This document shows, one piece after another, positions 25,256 to 37,846 of a stretch of DNA of 64,000 nt. The notes under the pieces are model-generated. The model did not search any database, was not told the origin of the DNA, and saw only the letters and a list, made by a program, of their open reading frames with translations. The position numbers and the translations under genes were made by a program. The DNA is from Octopus sinensis (taxonomy: Eukaryota). Numbering within the stretch: the first letter of the stretch is position 1; every line of letters starts with the position of its first letter. Where the stretch lies: NCBI RefSeq assembly GCF_006345805.1, contig NC_043000.1, forward strand, positions 134,850,001-134,914,000, in the 5' to 3' direction.

Positions 25256-25302
25256 TTTGTATACATAGGTAAATGTATACTCGCATATATATGATGTATG
25301 TC

Positions 25303-25356
<54 letters not shown>

Positions 25357-26650
25357 TATATATATAAGTGTGTGTATGTATATGTGTCTATGTATGTGTG
25401 TGTATATATACATATGTGTATGTGTATATATATGTGTGTGTGTTTGTGCGCATGTGTATATGTATATGTGTATATATCTATATGTATTTGAATTTATATA
25501 CATGTTACTTAATGGATAATCACTTAAGGAATATAAATAACTAAATAAATTGGTAAGTAATCGAATTAATTTATAGATACAGAATGTGGTAAAATTCTAA
25601 CGTTATTGATGATGATATGAACGCAGTTTTTCTTGTTTGTACCCATCTTTATGACGTGATTGACATTTTTGATGTAATTGAATTTTGAAAAAAATATTTT
25701 ATTGGAGCTGACTGATTCGTAAGTTTAAATCAGTATATTAACAGAGATATTTGTAATAATTCCGTGAATTAGTAACTAAATTAATTTTATATTATATATA
25801 ATGTAATTGTCTAATATAAAATTAATATAAACAAAATACTCTAATGTATTTATCTTAAGTGTATAACTATGTTGGTAGATGAATAAAAGACATAATTTTA
25901 AAATTATATTTTATTTAATAAATCTCTGAACGTGGTCTAAATATTCAGAAACCCGGGTTCGTGCGTATCACGTCAGGTCGACGATGGGAAATATGGCTTC
26001 CCTTTGCAAATACTGATCAGGCACAGAAAGTGTGTTAATAGCCAGATGGAGAAGATGTTCTCCTGGGGCTACAAGCTACAGTAGCATCCACCCTTAGTGG
26101 TTAGCCATATTTAAGTAGCAAATAATGGTTCACATATTTTATTTAATCTTGAGTAATTATGAGCATTTAAACTAAATTTGAAAATATACAAATAACTTTA
26201 TAGTAGACCTTAAAGTAATTAAAAACGAAAGCATGAATGAATAAAATTATAAACATTGATTTACTGTGGTCTATTTTTCTCTGAAAAATTAAGTAAATTT
26301 TTGTTTTTTATTTATTTATTTATTTTATGTAATAATTAGTATAAATAAAAAAAATATATATTGGTACATAAACAAAACTTATAACTTTTAATAATTCTTA
26401 AATATAATTACATATGTTTAAAATTTTAAATAATTATACATATACGAATATTTATCGTAGACTATCATACTTAGTAAATTTCTATTGTAAAATTATGTAT
26501 CTCCCGTTCTTGTATTCTTTTGAAAGTATGAATCCATAAAAAGTATTAACATATTGCTTTACAGTAAGTTATTTCCCCCTGAAAAAACTAAGTAACTTTT
26601 TGATGATTTATTTATATTTATTTGTTTATTTATTTTATGTACAAAATTGT

Positions 26651-26883
26651 ACTCTTTACTCTTTTACTCTTTTACTTGTTTCAGTCATTTGACTGCGGCC
26701 ATGCTGGAGCACCGCCTTTAGTCGAGCAAATCGACCCCGGGACTTATTCTTTGTAAGCCCAGTACTTATTCTATCGGTCTCTTTTGCCGAACCGCTAAGT
26801 GACGGGAACGTAAACACACCAGCATCGGTTATCAAGCAATGCTAGGGGGACAAACACAGACACACAAACACACATACATACAT

Positions 26884-26972
<89 letters not shown>

Positions 26973-27158
26973 ATATACATATATACGAATATATACGACA
27001 GGCTTCTTTCAGTTTCCGTCTACCAAATCCACTCACAAGGCATTGGTCGGTCCGGGGCTATAGCAGAAGACACCCGCCCAAGATGCCACGCAGTGGGACT
27101 GAACCCGGAACCATGTGGTTGGTAAACAAGCTACTTACCACACAGCCACTCCTGCGCC
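26651..27158 (-). mobile_element. tRNA-SINE family A, full length, with expanded internal (TA)n
   Basis: Reverse complement of the full consensus, ending cacacagccactcctgcgcc. Confidence 0.92.
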
Positions 27159-27567
27159 TGTACGTAATAAATAATCTGAATTTTTATAAAATTGCTTAAT
27201 ATCGGCGTATTTAGAATAAGCAAACTTTTGAATAAATAGTTAAAGGTCATTTTTTAAATGACTTTAGTAAATTTCTATTATAATAATATAATTATATTAT
27301 TATGATAAGTATTCATGGTTTTCTTTTCTTTTCGAATGTTAATTTCTTAATAAAACTACGTAATCTTTAATTTTGATTGCATTTTTAGTATGGGTGATTA
27401 TAAATAATGAACACAGTGTAATTTATAATATTATTTAGTATTGGCCTAGTCAGGATAAAGTATTTAAATATTTTTTTTTACTATTTAGCCTTGATTAATA
27501 GTGGGTTGTTTTATAATACTAGTGAGCATAAGGATTTTTCCTGAATAAATTGTCTGAATAAAATGTA

Positions 27568-28481
27568 TTTTTTCCTCCGCCAAGGAAGTAGGTTATGTCT
27601 TCATCGGCGTTGGTTTGTCCGTCTGTCCGTCTGCGTGCAAAATAACTCAAAATGTTGTGAACGGTATTTTATGAAACTTGCAAGAATAGTTGGTAATGAC
27701 ACAAGGAACCTGATGATGAAATTTTGGTAGTGATCCGAGAATTTTTATGGATTCTTGAAGGATTTTTCATTTGTTATATTTACTTGACATGAAGTAGTTA
27801 CGTTCTTTGATTATCTCCCTTGAAAACACGTTCATCGTTTCCACATAACCTATGGTGGCGTTGCTGTTTCCAAAGTTTATTTTCATTTCTCTATTTGTAA
27901 TTTTACTCGCCTATCTATGGACTCTTGAGGGATGATTGATACTATACCGACCACAGAGGGATGTAGAGTAGGTAGGTATGTTTAGTTTCGTAAGTAGACA
28001 GATACCTCTTTTATCTTTGCCAAGGAATCATCTGACCATCGATTTTGGTGATTTCAATATGGATTTCCTTGATTCCCCTAACCATGAGATCTTGACAACT
28101 ATGAACCAGTTTGGGTTCGACCAACTAGTCCAAAAATCCACCACCGACTATGGAAGCCTGCTAGATCATGTTTACGTGAACCAGGATCGGCGTCGACAAG
28201 TCACCGTAACCGACTGTTACTTTTCCGACCATGATGTTGTGTGTGTATCACTCAAGTTTTAGGTAATTGTTGTTTAGTTTTAGTTGTATAGTGAAACTAG
28301 CTTGCTGTTGTCATTGATGTATTATAACTACTTCAGATGATTCCTGTTTTTAAAAACCCCGCCAAGGAGGTTATGTTCTTGCCGGCGTTGGTTTGGGAAA
28401 TTGGGCGATTTTCAGCATGCGTGTATATAGGTGGAAATGATCTGATTGGTAGAGGTCTGAGCTCTCCGAGTGCTTTTCTAG
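27568..28481 (+). mobile_element. Helentron-type non-autonomous element (HINE-like) retaining an AP-endonuclease C-terminal fragment
   Basis: T-rich start, then subTIR cctccgccaa, (gtcc/gtct) repeats, 3' ttggtagagg, hairpin-like gctctccgagtgc and ttttctagtt. Internal GDFNMD...TTDYGSLLDHVYVN...DCYFSDHDVV* ends in a stop right after the SDH motif. Confidence 0.75.
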
Positions 28482-28683
28482 TTCCTAATATTATGGAAGA
28501 ATACAAGGAGATATTTCCTATTTCGCCATAAATTTTTGGCATATTATTTCTGGTTTTTTTTTTGAACTAATGCACAGAAATATATTTAGATTAATATTCT
28601 TAAATGTACACAAACATATTTATGACCGTTTATTAGTTTTTATTTTTTAATTTTTTACTTTTATAATATATTTTTACTATATG

Positions 28684-28802
28684 GCTTACGGCCATATCAC
28701 GTTAAAAGCACCGGTTCTCGTCCGATCACCGAAGTTAAGCAACATCGAGCCTAGTTAGTACTTAGATGGGTGACCGCTTGGGAAACCTAGGGGCTGTAAG
28801 CA
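28684..28802 (+). rRNA. 5S rRNA, full-length solitary copy (gene, pseudogene or SINE head)
   Basis: 119 nt: gcttacggccatatcacg...tctcgtccgatcaccgaagttaagc...agttagtacttagatgggtgaccgcttgggaa...gctgtaagca. Helix I pairs (gcttacggc/gctgtaagc); T5 run at 28808-28812. Confidence 0.92.
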
Positions 28803-28984
28803 TTCAATTTTTAATGGCGGTGCCCCAGCATGGCCACAGCTTGTGAGCTGAAACTAAATAAATAAAAAAAATATATATATATATTTAAAAAAAATTATTG
28901 ACGCTTACGCTTACAAACAAACATATTTAATTTAGTCTATTCTTGGCTCTATAAATCCTCATGTAATTTTTGTCAGATATTTCC

Positions 28985-29055
28985 CTGGTGAGATTCTTAC
29001 CCATAAACATGAATTTTTATGAATTCATTATTGGGGTTGAATTGAAACAGCTGTA
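28985..29055 (+). ncRNA. Degenerate hammerhead ribozyme-like motif
   Basis: CTGGTGA, extended stem II (gattc/gaatt, accc/gggt, atgaat/attcat), GAAA-CAGCTG-TA; same 3' part as 22028-22083; stem I decayed. Confidence 0.45.
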
Positions 29056-29156
29056 AGATTATAATATTTATATTCTGTTAGACTATAATAATAATAATAT
29101 AATATTATGTTAATAAATTAAAATGTGTCAATCGTAAATCTCCATTTTCTTTTCAT

Positions 29157-29193
<37 letters not shown>

Positions 29194-29584
29194 TCTGTCG
29201 TTGTTGTCGTTTAGCCCCTAATCAACTCAGATCTAACAGACCTTATGATCAAAGGGTGTCCATCTATGACTACCCTATCGTTTATTTTTCAGGCATAGTG
29301 TACCTCGGACTACATTATCCAACATGTTATTAAAAAAAAATGATGGAGGGAGAAATGAAAGAAATTTTGGTTTTCAAAAAGGGATAGTCACGGTTGGAAT
29401 GTTTAAAATGATATTGGATGGAAACTATTTGAACGCTTTAAAAGGACAGGTTGGTCACAGTTACAACGTTCTACAAAGATGTAAGGTAATAGTTTAAAAG
29501 ATGTGATTGATATTGTCAGTGTGCTCGTAAAAGAATTACATATATTTAAAAACACATTTTTCGCGCGTCCGAGGGTGTTTAGTA

Positions 29585-29594
29585 GCGCATGCGC
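29585..29594. promoter_or_regulatory. NRF-1/ewg-type palindrome GCGCATGCGC in a small CpG-rich patch
   Basis: Exact palindrome beside tttcgcgcgtccg; no linked gene identified. Confidence 0.35.
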
Positions 29595-31766
29595 AAGTGC
29601 ACATACGCCTTATTAACACAGTTCCATTTATCATCACACAGCAAACAAAAAAAAAAAAAATTAAAAAAATAAAATAAAAGGTATCGATGTTGATATATGG
29701 AAAATTATCAATATTTATACAATTAATAGTTTGACTGTTCTTCGCTATTATTCTACATTTAAAAATGAAAGAAAAAAGAAAATATGAATACGTATGAATA
29801 TATATACAATACGTAAATTATTCTTACAGTTTCAGTTTACTATTCTTAAACAGTGTGTTCTTTCCGATAGTTATTTCTATGCGATAGCATCCCCACGAAT
29901 TTGCCTAGAGTCAGTCATTTCATGACCACACGTAGCTCATATTCATTGGGAAAACAACCCGATTTTCTAAAGTTGGATATTGTTAAATTTCTTCCAGCCT
30001 CTGAAATTTTCTAAAATTTTTCCAAATTTTCTCAAATTTCTATCTGAATATATTGAAAAAATGTATTTTTGATGTAGTTTTGCTGGCTGATGAAAATTTC
30101 ATTCATTTCTTTTTTTTTTCGCGAAATTAATAATAAAGAACTTACAAGTATTTGAAGTTACGCAATTTTAGCAAATCGAATGTCTTCATTGTCCACACAG
30201 CGGAAGCCAAAACTATTTGTTGCTGTCACTCTATTGTACAGCTTTGGCCCATAATTTTTCCATAAATTATAATTTGAAAATTATATAATGTGAAAAGGTC
30301 CAATGAAATAAATGACGCGAGGGGTAATATCGAAGACGTTCCAATAGTTATACCTTCGCAGGCCCGGCAACTTAGGCAATTAGAGAGCATCACGTCACGT
30401 ATTTAGAGTCTTTGAATCACAAAGGAGAAAAATGTAAAGCTAGAAATGAAATGGAATTAAAAAGAAAAAAAAAACCAAAAAAAAAAAAACCAAAAAGAAA
30501 ACAAACTAGAATGTGAAAAATCTTGGGTGGAGTAAAATTTTCGAGAAACTAATTATTAATATTTTTTCTGTTACCTGGATAAAGCTATGAAATATAATGG
30601 ACATAGAAAGTCTTCACTACCGTCAGCTAGTCTGGTGAATTCAGTTTGCATGGCATTCATTTAGCCGAACCATAGTGCCACCAGGTTGTCAGAATAAAAA
30701 GTCACAGAAAGGAAAGACCCTTTGAAGTGGTCGGGTGGGAAGGCAACTCATTTATGTGAACGGTGTGTCATACAGGTATGGCATATATGAATTATGGGAC
30801 TGTTCAAGCCTTCTGTTTAATTTAGTGGTTACACGAAAAAAAATTATTTCTAGAAATTCCTGACGTATTGCTAGTATCACACGAAAGAGCTCAGAATTAA
30901 CACAAAAGATTTCTGCTCCCAGTCTTTCAATTGCCTTCGACATTTGTCGCAACTGTGTTTATTTTAAAATATTGCGCAATTTCGTGCCAAAGAGTAACGG
31001 AGTTGGTAGCTGTGCAACACACAAGTACGATAAATAAATGAACTGGTTTTGATTCTCGCCTGTGACTAGTAACCACCTCTTCATTTAAGGTGGGCAGCTT
31101 TGCTTAGCCGTCATTCGCCAGCGAGTACGACTTGGTAGTTTGTACCAAGCCTTCGCTATATACTTTAGAAACCTCTGTTGGCGCGATCAGACATAAGTAC
31201 CCTCATAGTGCTACCACCCATGATCCTGCAAAATAACGATGATGTAACAGCACGAGGGATAGAGGGCTGCACTAGCAGTCGCCTGGTACTCATAACAGCT
31301 GATTAAACTGGAATGACTTGGAAGTGTCTTGCTCAAGAACTCAATTCACCATCTAGTCCAGAATTGAATCCCCAACTTTACGATAGTGAGCCTAACACTC
31401 TAGCCATTCGGCCACAGATCTTCCACTATTCAATTGAGCCGTTCTGTTTTAAGGCTGCAGGCTGTGACTTGAAGGTCATTTCGCTTTTATTTCTAAGTCT
31501 CTTGTTGGCTCTAATTAACCCAAGTTAACCTCAAATTTTCAAATCTTAATCGAGATGGACTTAAATTACTGAATTAGTCCTTAGTCTAGTGCTGTAACAT
31601 TAGTACCTTTGTAACACCTTCAACAGTGATTACAAAGATAAGAAAAAAGAAAAAAGAAAAAACTTACGAAAGATCAGAAGTAGGTGAATATACATCTAAA
31701 AAGTTACTTTATTACAGCTAAGCTATTAAGAAGGCCGATGAAGTTTTAAGCTATGTAGCAAATATA

Positions 31767-32349
31767 TTGATTTCAAATTTTGGCACAAGGCTAGGAAGTT
31801 TGGGGAGAGAGCAAGTTGTTTATATCAATTCAAGTATTTAACTGGCTGGTACTTAATTTATCGACCCTGAAAGGATGAGAGGCAAAGTCGACTTCGGCGG
31901 AATTTAATCTCAGAACATAAAGTCGGACAAAACACCTATTTCTTTACTATCCACAAGGGGCTAAACACAGAGGACAAACAAGTACAGACAAACGGATTAA
32001 GCCGATTATATCGACCCCAGTGCGTAACTGGTACTTATTTAATCGACCCCGAAAGGATGAGAGGCAAAGTCGACCTCGGCGGAATTTAAACTCAGAACAT
32101 AAAGTCGGACAAAACACCTATTTCTTTACTATCCACAAGGGGCTAAACACAGAGGACAAACAAGGACAGACAAACGGATTAAGTCGATTATATCGACCCC
32201 AGTGCGTAACTGGTACTTATTTAATCGACCCCGAAAGGATGAAAGGCAAAGTCGACCTCGGCGGAATTTAAACTCAGAACGTAACGGCAGACGAAATACG
32301 GCTACGCATTTCGCCCGGCGTGCTAACGTTTCTGCCAGCTCGCCGCCTT
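31767..32349 (-). mobile_element. tRNA-SINE family B with internal ~180-bp tandem duplications
   Basis: Head at ~32349; the unit ggtactta.tt(t/a)atcgaccc.gaaaggatga...ctcagaac occurs three times (~31848, ~32031, ~32212). Confidence 0.88.
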
Positions 32350-32449
32350 GGGCTAACTATTTATTACATGTGTCATTTTTATTCATCATCATCATCATCA
32401 TCATCATCATCTGAAAAAGAAGTCAGTTTAAATACGAGGTCCCAAATAC

Positions 32450-32935
32450 AGATAACCTAGAAAGATTAAACAAATCATTTGTTCAATATAACACTCAACA
32501 TTGCTACTATTTACTCTTTATCAGACAGATTTGAATAGTCGCAAAGTTTCTATAGCACATAGGAATTTTTGTTGATAGCATAAAATACTTGCAAGACAAA
32601 TATCAGCTGAAATTAGCACGTCAAGATTTGAAGGATAAGTTAAGATACAAAGAAAATAGTGACATTAACGGATGTAATCTCTTAACCGAGCTAGGTCTTG
32701 CAAAAAATTCATTTCCTGGAGATGCAAAGCTTCCGATAGCAGCCGATAGCTTAATCAACAGTTAATAGATACAGGAAATCATACCAAGTCTGTGGGTTGC
32801 ATTAAGAATAATGGTTTCGTTACGTATCACTGTGACCACAAGCGAGAGAAGTTTTGCTAAACTAAAGCTTATAAAGCATTAGTCATAAATCTTTAGTCCT
32901 TTATACAAGATAGATTAAATTCTTAGGCATATTAA
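32450..32935 (+). mobile_element. hAT transposase remnant (C-terminal dimerisation domain)
   Basis: IPSLWVALRIMVSLRITVTTSERSFAKLKLIKH...QDRLNS matches the hATC ERSFSKLKLIK motif; multiple stops. Confidence 0.8.
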
Positions 32936-35900
32936 TGACCATAATATACTACAATGTATATTAAACGCTTTATAATGGTATATTATATAACCATAATATT
33001 CTATAAAGTATATTAAACGTTTTTATAAGTCAATACGGTGTTCTACTGTGTTAGCAGTGCTATTAAATCACTTGTTAAGGTTATCTTTACAAATTTTCAA
33101 TAGAAATTATAGCCAGCTCTGATTTGTTACAACATTCTATGTCCGAATACGCCTAATGTAAACAATAATGCTGCCGAAGATGGGAAAATGGGTAATGAGT
33201 GTTTTTGCCATATTTCTGCAGGTTTAACACCACATCCAACCCATTAACCATTTACGAACTCATTGCTTAAATAGCCACTAAATATAGCGGTGTAACGTTA
33301 TTGGATATAACTATTTTACTTATTAAACACATTTTTGGCAGTTTTTTGTCCATAGAAAATGATCTTGTAAAAAAGAGAGACGTAAGAGAGCCATGAAAAT
33401 ATGCACAGATCTGTCTAGAGCTTCCCTCTAGAGCATCGACGTTCTTCCTCACCCATAACCCAGCCATAGACTGCTCGAGTGAAACTTCTGGAAATCCCGT
33501 TTTTCAGCCAGATATTGAGATTGGCAAGCAGATTTCTTACTAGCGCGCTCCACTTGTTATAGATTTGCTATCGCTACCTCTTTGCAACGCGTTATCAATT
33601 GTAGTCCATTCATTTTCTTCAGGGTGTTTCGCCATCGGCTTTTAATGATTGCCTCTGTCATTTGCCGACTAATTTACTTGTCCGGTCTCAGTAGTTTTTG
33701 CGTGCTTGCAAAGACGCGTTCAACATACAGGTAACCGATTCCTATGAGTTCTCTCTAAGTCGACCATGCAGATTATACATTTCTGATTTACATTGCTGAT
33801 TTTTTGAACTGTGTATATCATGCACTATCCACGATCTGCTTACATAACTAAACTATCTAGAAACGATTTGGATGATCTCCCGTGGTTGCTCTCTCCTATG
33901 TTTTAGATGCACACTATCATATCATACAACGGAAATGCAATTCCAGTCTTCTACTAGCCCTAGAAAGGGGAATAATACTAGGAAAACTTTTAGACGCCGC
34001 CCCACAAAAAAAAAAAAAAAAAAAAAGAATCGTCCAGCTTATGACGGAGGTATATTTAGCTATAAATCTGAAACGATCACCTTCGCAGCTAGCTTTTCAA
34101 AATCAGGACCACTGGCTTACTGTCTTGACCCACAAATATTACAAAGATGGGTAGATGTCGTAGTCGTCGAAGACAGGTACGAGTTCTTGGAGTCCAAAGA
34201 TCTTGGTCTGGCTAATAGCTAAGTGAGATTGGTACCAAGCTAAGCTGAGGCCAGGTACATTTGTACAACCTTCTCGAAAACCATTCACTTTGGTTTTCGA
34301 GAAGGGCTGGTGATCTAGTCCTTTTGATATTTGTGGAGAAAAAAAATATTGAAAACACTTTCTAAGTATCTTTTATTTGTTTTTTTCTTCACAAATGGTA
34401 TATTTTTTTGGTTCATATATGTGCTAGTATCAGTCTGTATTAATAGTTTGTTTTGGGGAGTTTGCAACAGTAGTTCGTTGAAATCCTCATCTATTTTAAG
34501 AATGCTTTTATTTTGATAACCTCTTCTATGAACTCGCAGCTTCTCTTTCGAACAAGAGCTACGTTGATGGGGGAAAGAGTTGGGCTAGTGTGTTTAATCG
34601 TTGCTGTTCTTGATTTTGTTATTGTTTTTGTTCTCCCAGCTTTCTTATATATCTGTGGTCGTTGTTCTATTTGTTGGTGTTGATATTGGTAGGTAATTTA
34701 ACGACAGATTTTGTGCTTCACCATCTGGCTGTTGATTGGGAAGGAATTTTTTTTTCTGTTATTTTTAATCCTCACACCAAAAGATCCTTTGCAGCTTCTT
34801 CGTCTTGCCCTCGCCGCACGAGGTTTCTGAGCCCGTCAAATCTGCATCGGGAGGAAGAGGTAGATGTGCAAGTGTATGCATAAATGTTTCTGTGTGTTGG
34901 TGAGCTTGCGGTGAGCGAGAGCAAAACTCTGGTTGTAGTAGTGTTGGTGGAATTTTTTCCTGGGTTGCGATGTTGTTGTTTTTAGATTGTTTCAAAGAAA
35001 TATAAGCATGCGCGTGCACACACACACACCACACACACACACGCGCGCGCGTGCGCGCACACACGCAGGCACACACCTACCTTCTGTAGGTTTCCGTACA
35101 GTTTCCGTCCTTCAAATTCACTCACAAAACAGTCGGTCGGGGGACTACAGTAGAAGACACTAGCCCAAGGTATCGCGCAGTGGATTAAACCCGAATACAA
35201 AGCGAGTTTCTTAGTCATATAACAACGCCTGAGCTTTGCTTCGCAATTACGTGGTTTCGGGTTCAGTTCCACAGCGTGGTACCTTAAGTATCTTCTGCTA
35301 CAGCACCGGGTAGACTAATGCCTTATGAGTGAATCTGTGAATTTGGTAAACGGAAACTAATAAAGCCCTGTGTGTGTGTGGTGCATCTTGCAGGCATGAA
35401 GTGGATTCGATCCACCATAGCCAAATTTAAATTAACACTTCAACAGAACTTTTCTCACAGTAAAACAATAGTTTTTCTGTGACAGCAGTTTTACATTTGC
35501 TAGATTGCCTTAGCTAGGCTGAAATAATGTTTTCGCCACTTGACATTTTTTAACCTCTTCTATTTTACCAAAAGCTAGAATTAAGATAACAAGATCACGA
35601 ACTAAATCTATTGTTCTGAACGATATGTGTATCCTTCTGGATAGTTATAAAAGCAAGAATCCGAAGCAAAAATCAGTTAGTCACTTGGTTACAACTAAGT
35701 TAGTCGGCTCGTGACAACTCAATCAGTTAGTTAATGAATGACAAACTCGAGTCAGACAGTTACCATCAGTTAGGGAGCAGAACGCTAGAATCATGATTCA
35801 AAGCAAGGCAGCTACTAAAGATAATGGTTAAATGGAGAAATGAAATTTACTGTCAGTGGCTATGAGACCCAACTTCCCACACTCTCTCACTTTCACTAAC

Positions 35901-36214
35901 TCACTTTGTCTTCTCTGTACATTACCATATCTCTCTCTATGGTTTACTACTACAATAAGAACACACCCGCTGAAATTTTTTTACTACGCACGCTGTAGGA
36001 TTTTATCACCTGCCCGTCGAGGCAAGGTATATTCGATGTAACGGTAAATAAATATTTTCTTCACAACTTCAATCACTGTTCTTTCATCTTTACATAACAG
36101 CAATCAACGAAGAACCAACCCTTACAAACAGAGTACATCCATCCTGCTGTGTATCAACTATCGTTTATCATATTAATATCTTCCGTTACACACACACACA
36201 CACACACATAACAG

Positions 36215-36259
36215 AGAGAGAGAGAGAGAGGAGAGAGAGCGAGAGAGAGAGAGAGAGAG

Positions 36260-36320
<61 letters not shown>
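36215..36320. repeat. (GA)n microsatellite
   Basis: Directly visible. Confidence 0.95.
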
Positions 36321-36325
<5 letters not shown>

Positions 36326-36627
36326 CAGGAAAGGCAGAAAGATGGGGCATTTTCAATGCAGCACTCAACCCAAGCTTGAGGCTGTCTACACTCTTGAATT
36401 GTAGTCTTAAGGTCGAAATCTTTCAGGTATAGAAAATCCAGGTGTGACATCAGTAAAACCAATGAGTGGGTTTAGCGAAGAGTAAAATATAATCTAAAGA
36501 AGACGAAGGGGGAGATTATCACGTATTTAATCTCAGTTATAATTGTTTCTGTACCAACGATGTTTTGAACGGCAATTCACACAAAAGTTCCATGCGAAAA
36601 GTTGCGTAATATTTGCGTTGCATCAAA

Positions 36628-37222
36628 GACGCAGGTGTGGCTGTACGGTAAGAAGGTTGCTTTCCAACCACGTGGTTGCAGGTTCAGTCCCATTACGTGG
36701 GACCTTGGGCAAATGTCTTCTACTATAGCCTCTGACCGACCAAAACCTTGTGAGTGGATTTGGTAGACGGAAACTGAGAAAAATCTGTCGTATATATATA
36801 TATATATGTTGTGTGTGTGTGTGTGTGTGGTGTGTGTGTGTGTGTGTGTTTGCTTGTACCTCCAACACCATTTGACAACTGGTATTGGTGTGTTTACGTC
36901 CCTGTAACCTAGCGGCTCGGAAGAAACGTTAGCACGCCGGGCGAAATGCTTTGCAGTATTTCGTCTGCCGCTACGTTCTGAGTTCAAATTCCGCCGATGT
37001 CGACTTTGCCTTTCATCCTTTCGGGGTCGATAAATTAAGTACCAGTGAAGCACAGGTGTCGATGTAATCGACTTAATCCGTTTGTCCGTCCTTGTTTGTC
37101 CCCTCTATGTTTAGCCCCTTGTGAGCAATAAAGAAATAAGAAATAAATACTGGAGTCGATTCATTTAAGGTGGTGCCCCAGCATGGCCGAAGTCTGATGA
37201 CTGAAACAGGTAAAAGATAAAA
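36628..37222 (+). mobile_element. Family A SINE interrupted by a family B SINE (~36920-37140)
   Basis: A head and body, then gaaacgttagcacgccggg...tttagccccttgtgagcaataaagaaata, then the A tail aaggtggtgccccagcatggcc. Confidence 0.85.
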
Positions 37223-37461
37223 GATGTGAGTTCTATGCATCTCTGTCCTCCTTTAATATCAAATTTCTAATTTCTAATCCCATCAAATATGATGGAAAAA
37301 GGATTATCTCCCCTGTAATACCAGCGACCACTAGGGAAACCACACTTACAAAATACGGATCAATGAAATATAAATCTGATTGGGAATATGGGGAAGATTT
37401 AAGAACAGGACATTCTAAAGGTGGATATTAAGAAACACAGCAATAATCTAAAGATGGAAAT

Positions 37462-37846
37462 GTGGAAGCACTCCGTCGGTTACGACGATGAGGGTTCCGG
37501 TTGATCCGATCAAAAGAACAGCCTGCTCGTGAAATTAACGTGTAAGTGGCTGAGCACTCCACAGACACGTGTACCCTTAACGCAGTTCTCGGGGATATTC
37601 AGCGTGACACAGAGAGTGACAAGGCCGGCCCTTTGAAATACAGGTACAACAGAAACAGGAAGTAAGAGTGAGAGAAAGTTGTGGTGAAAGAGTACAGCAG
37701 GGATCACCACCATCCCCTGCCGGAGCCTCGTGGAGCTTTAGGTGTTTTCGCTCAATAAACACTCACAACGCCCGGTCTGGGAATCGAAACCGCGATCTTA
37801 CGACCGCGAGTCCGCTGCCCTAACCCCTGGGCCATTGCGCCTCCAC
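37462..37846 (-). mobile_element. tRNA-SINE family C, full length
   Basis: A/B boxes in the head; 13-bp TSD taaagatggaaat (37449-37461 and 37847-37859). Confidence 0.92.

Noticed and set aside
25925-25960. RNase P CR-V-like text (tttagaccac) on the minus strand
   Set aside because: No matching CR-I (GGAAGGTCTGAG-like) motif upstream.
33150-34980. Possible decayed LINE ORF1 or other coding relic on the minus strand
   Set aside because: Composition is suggestive, but no diagnostic motif could be read.
35851-36099. Possible solo LTR (TG...CA with AATAAA)
   Set aside because: No TSD, terminal inverted repeat or second copy.
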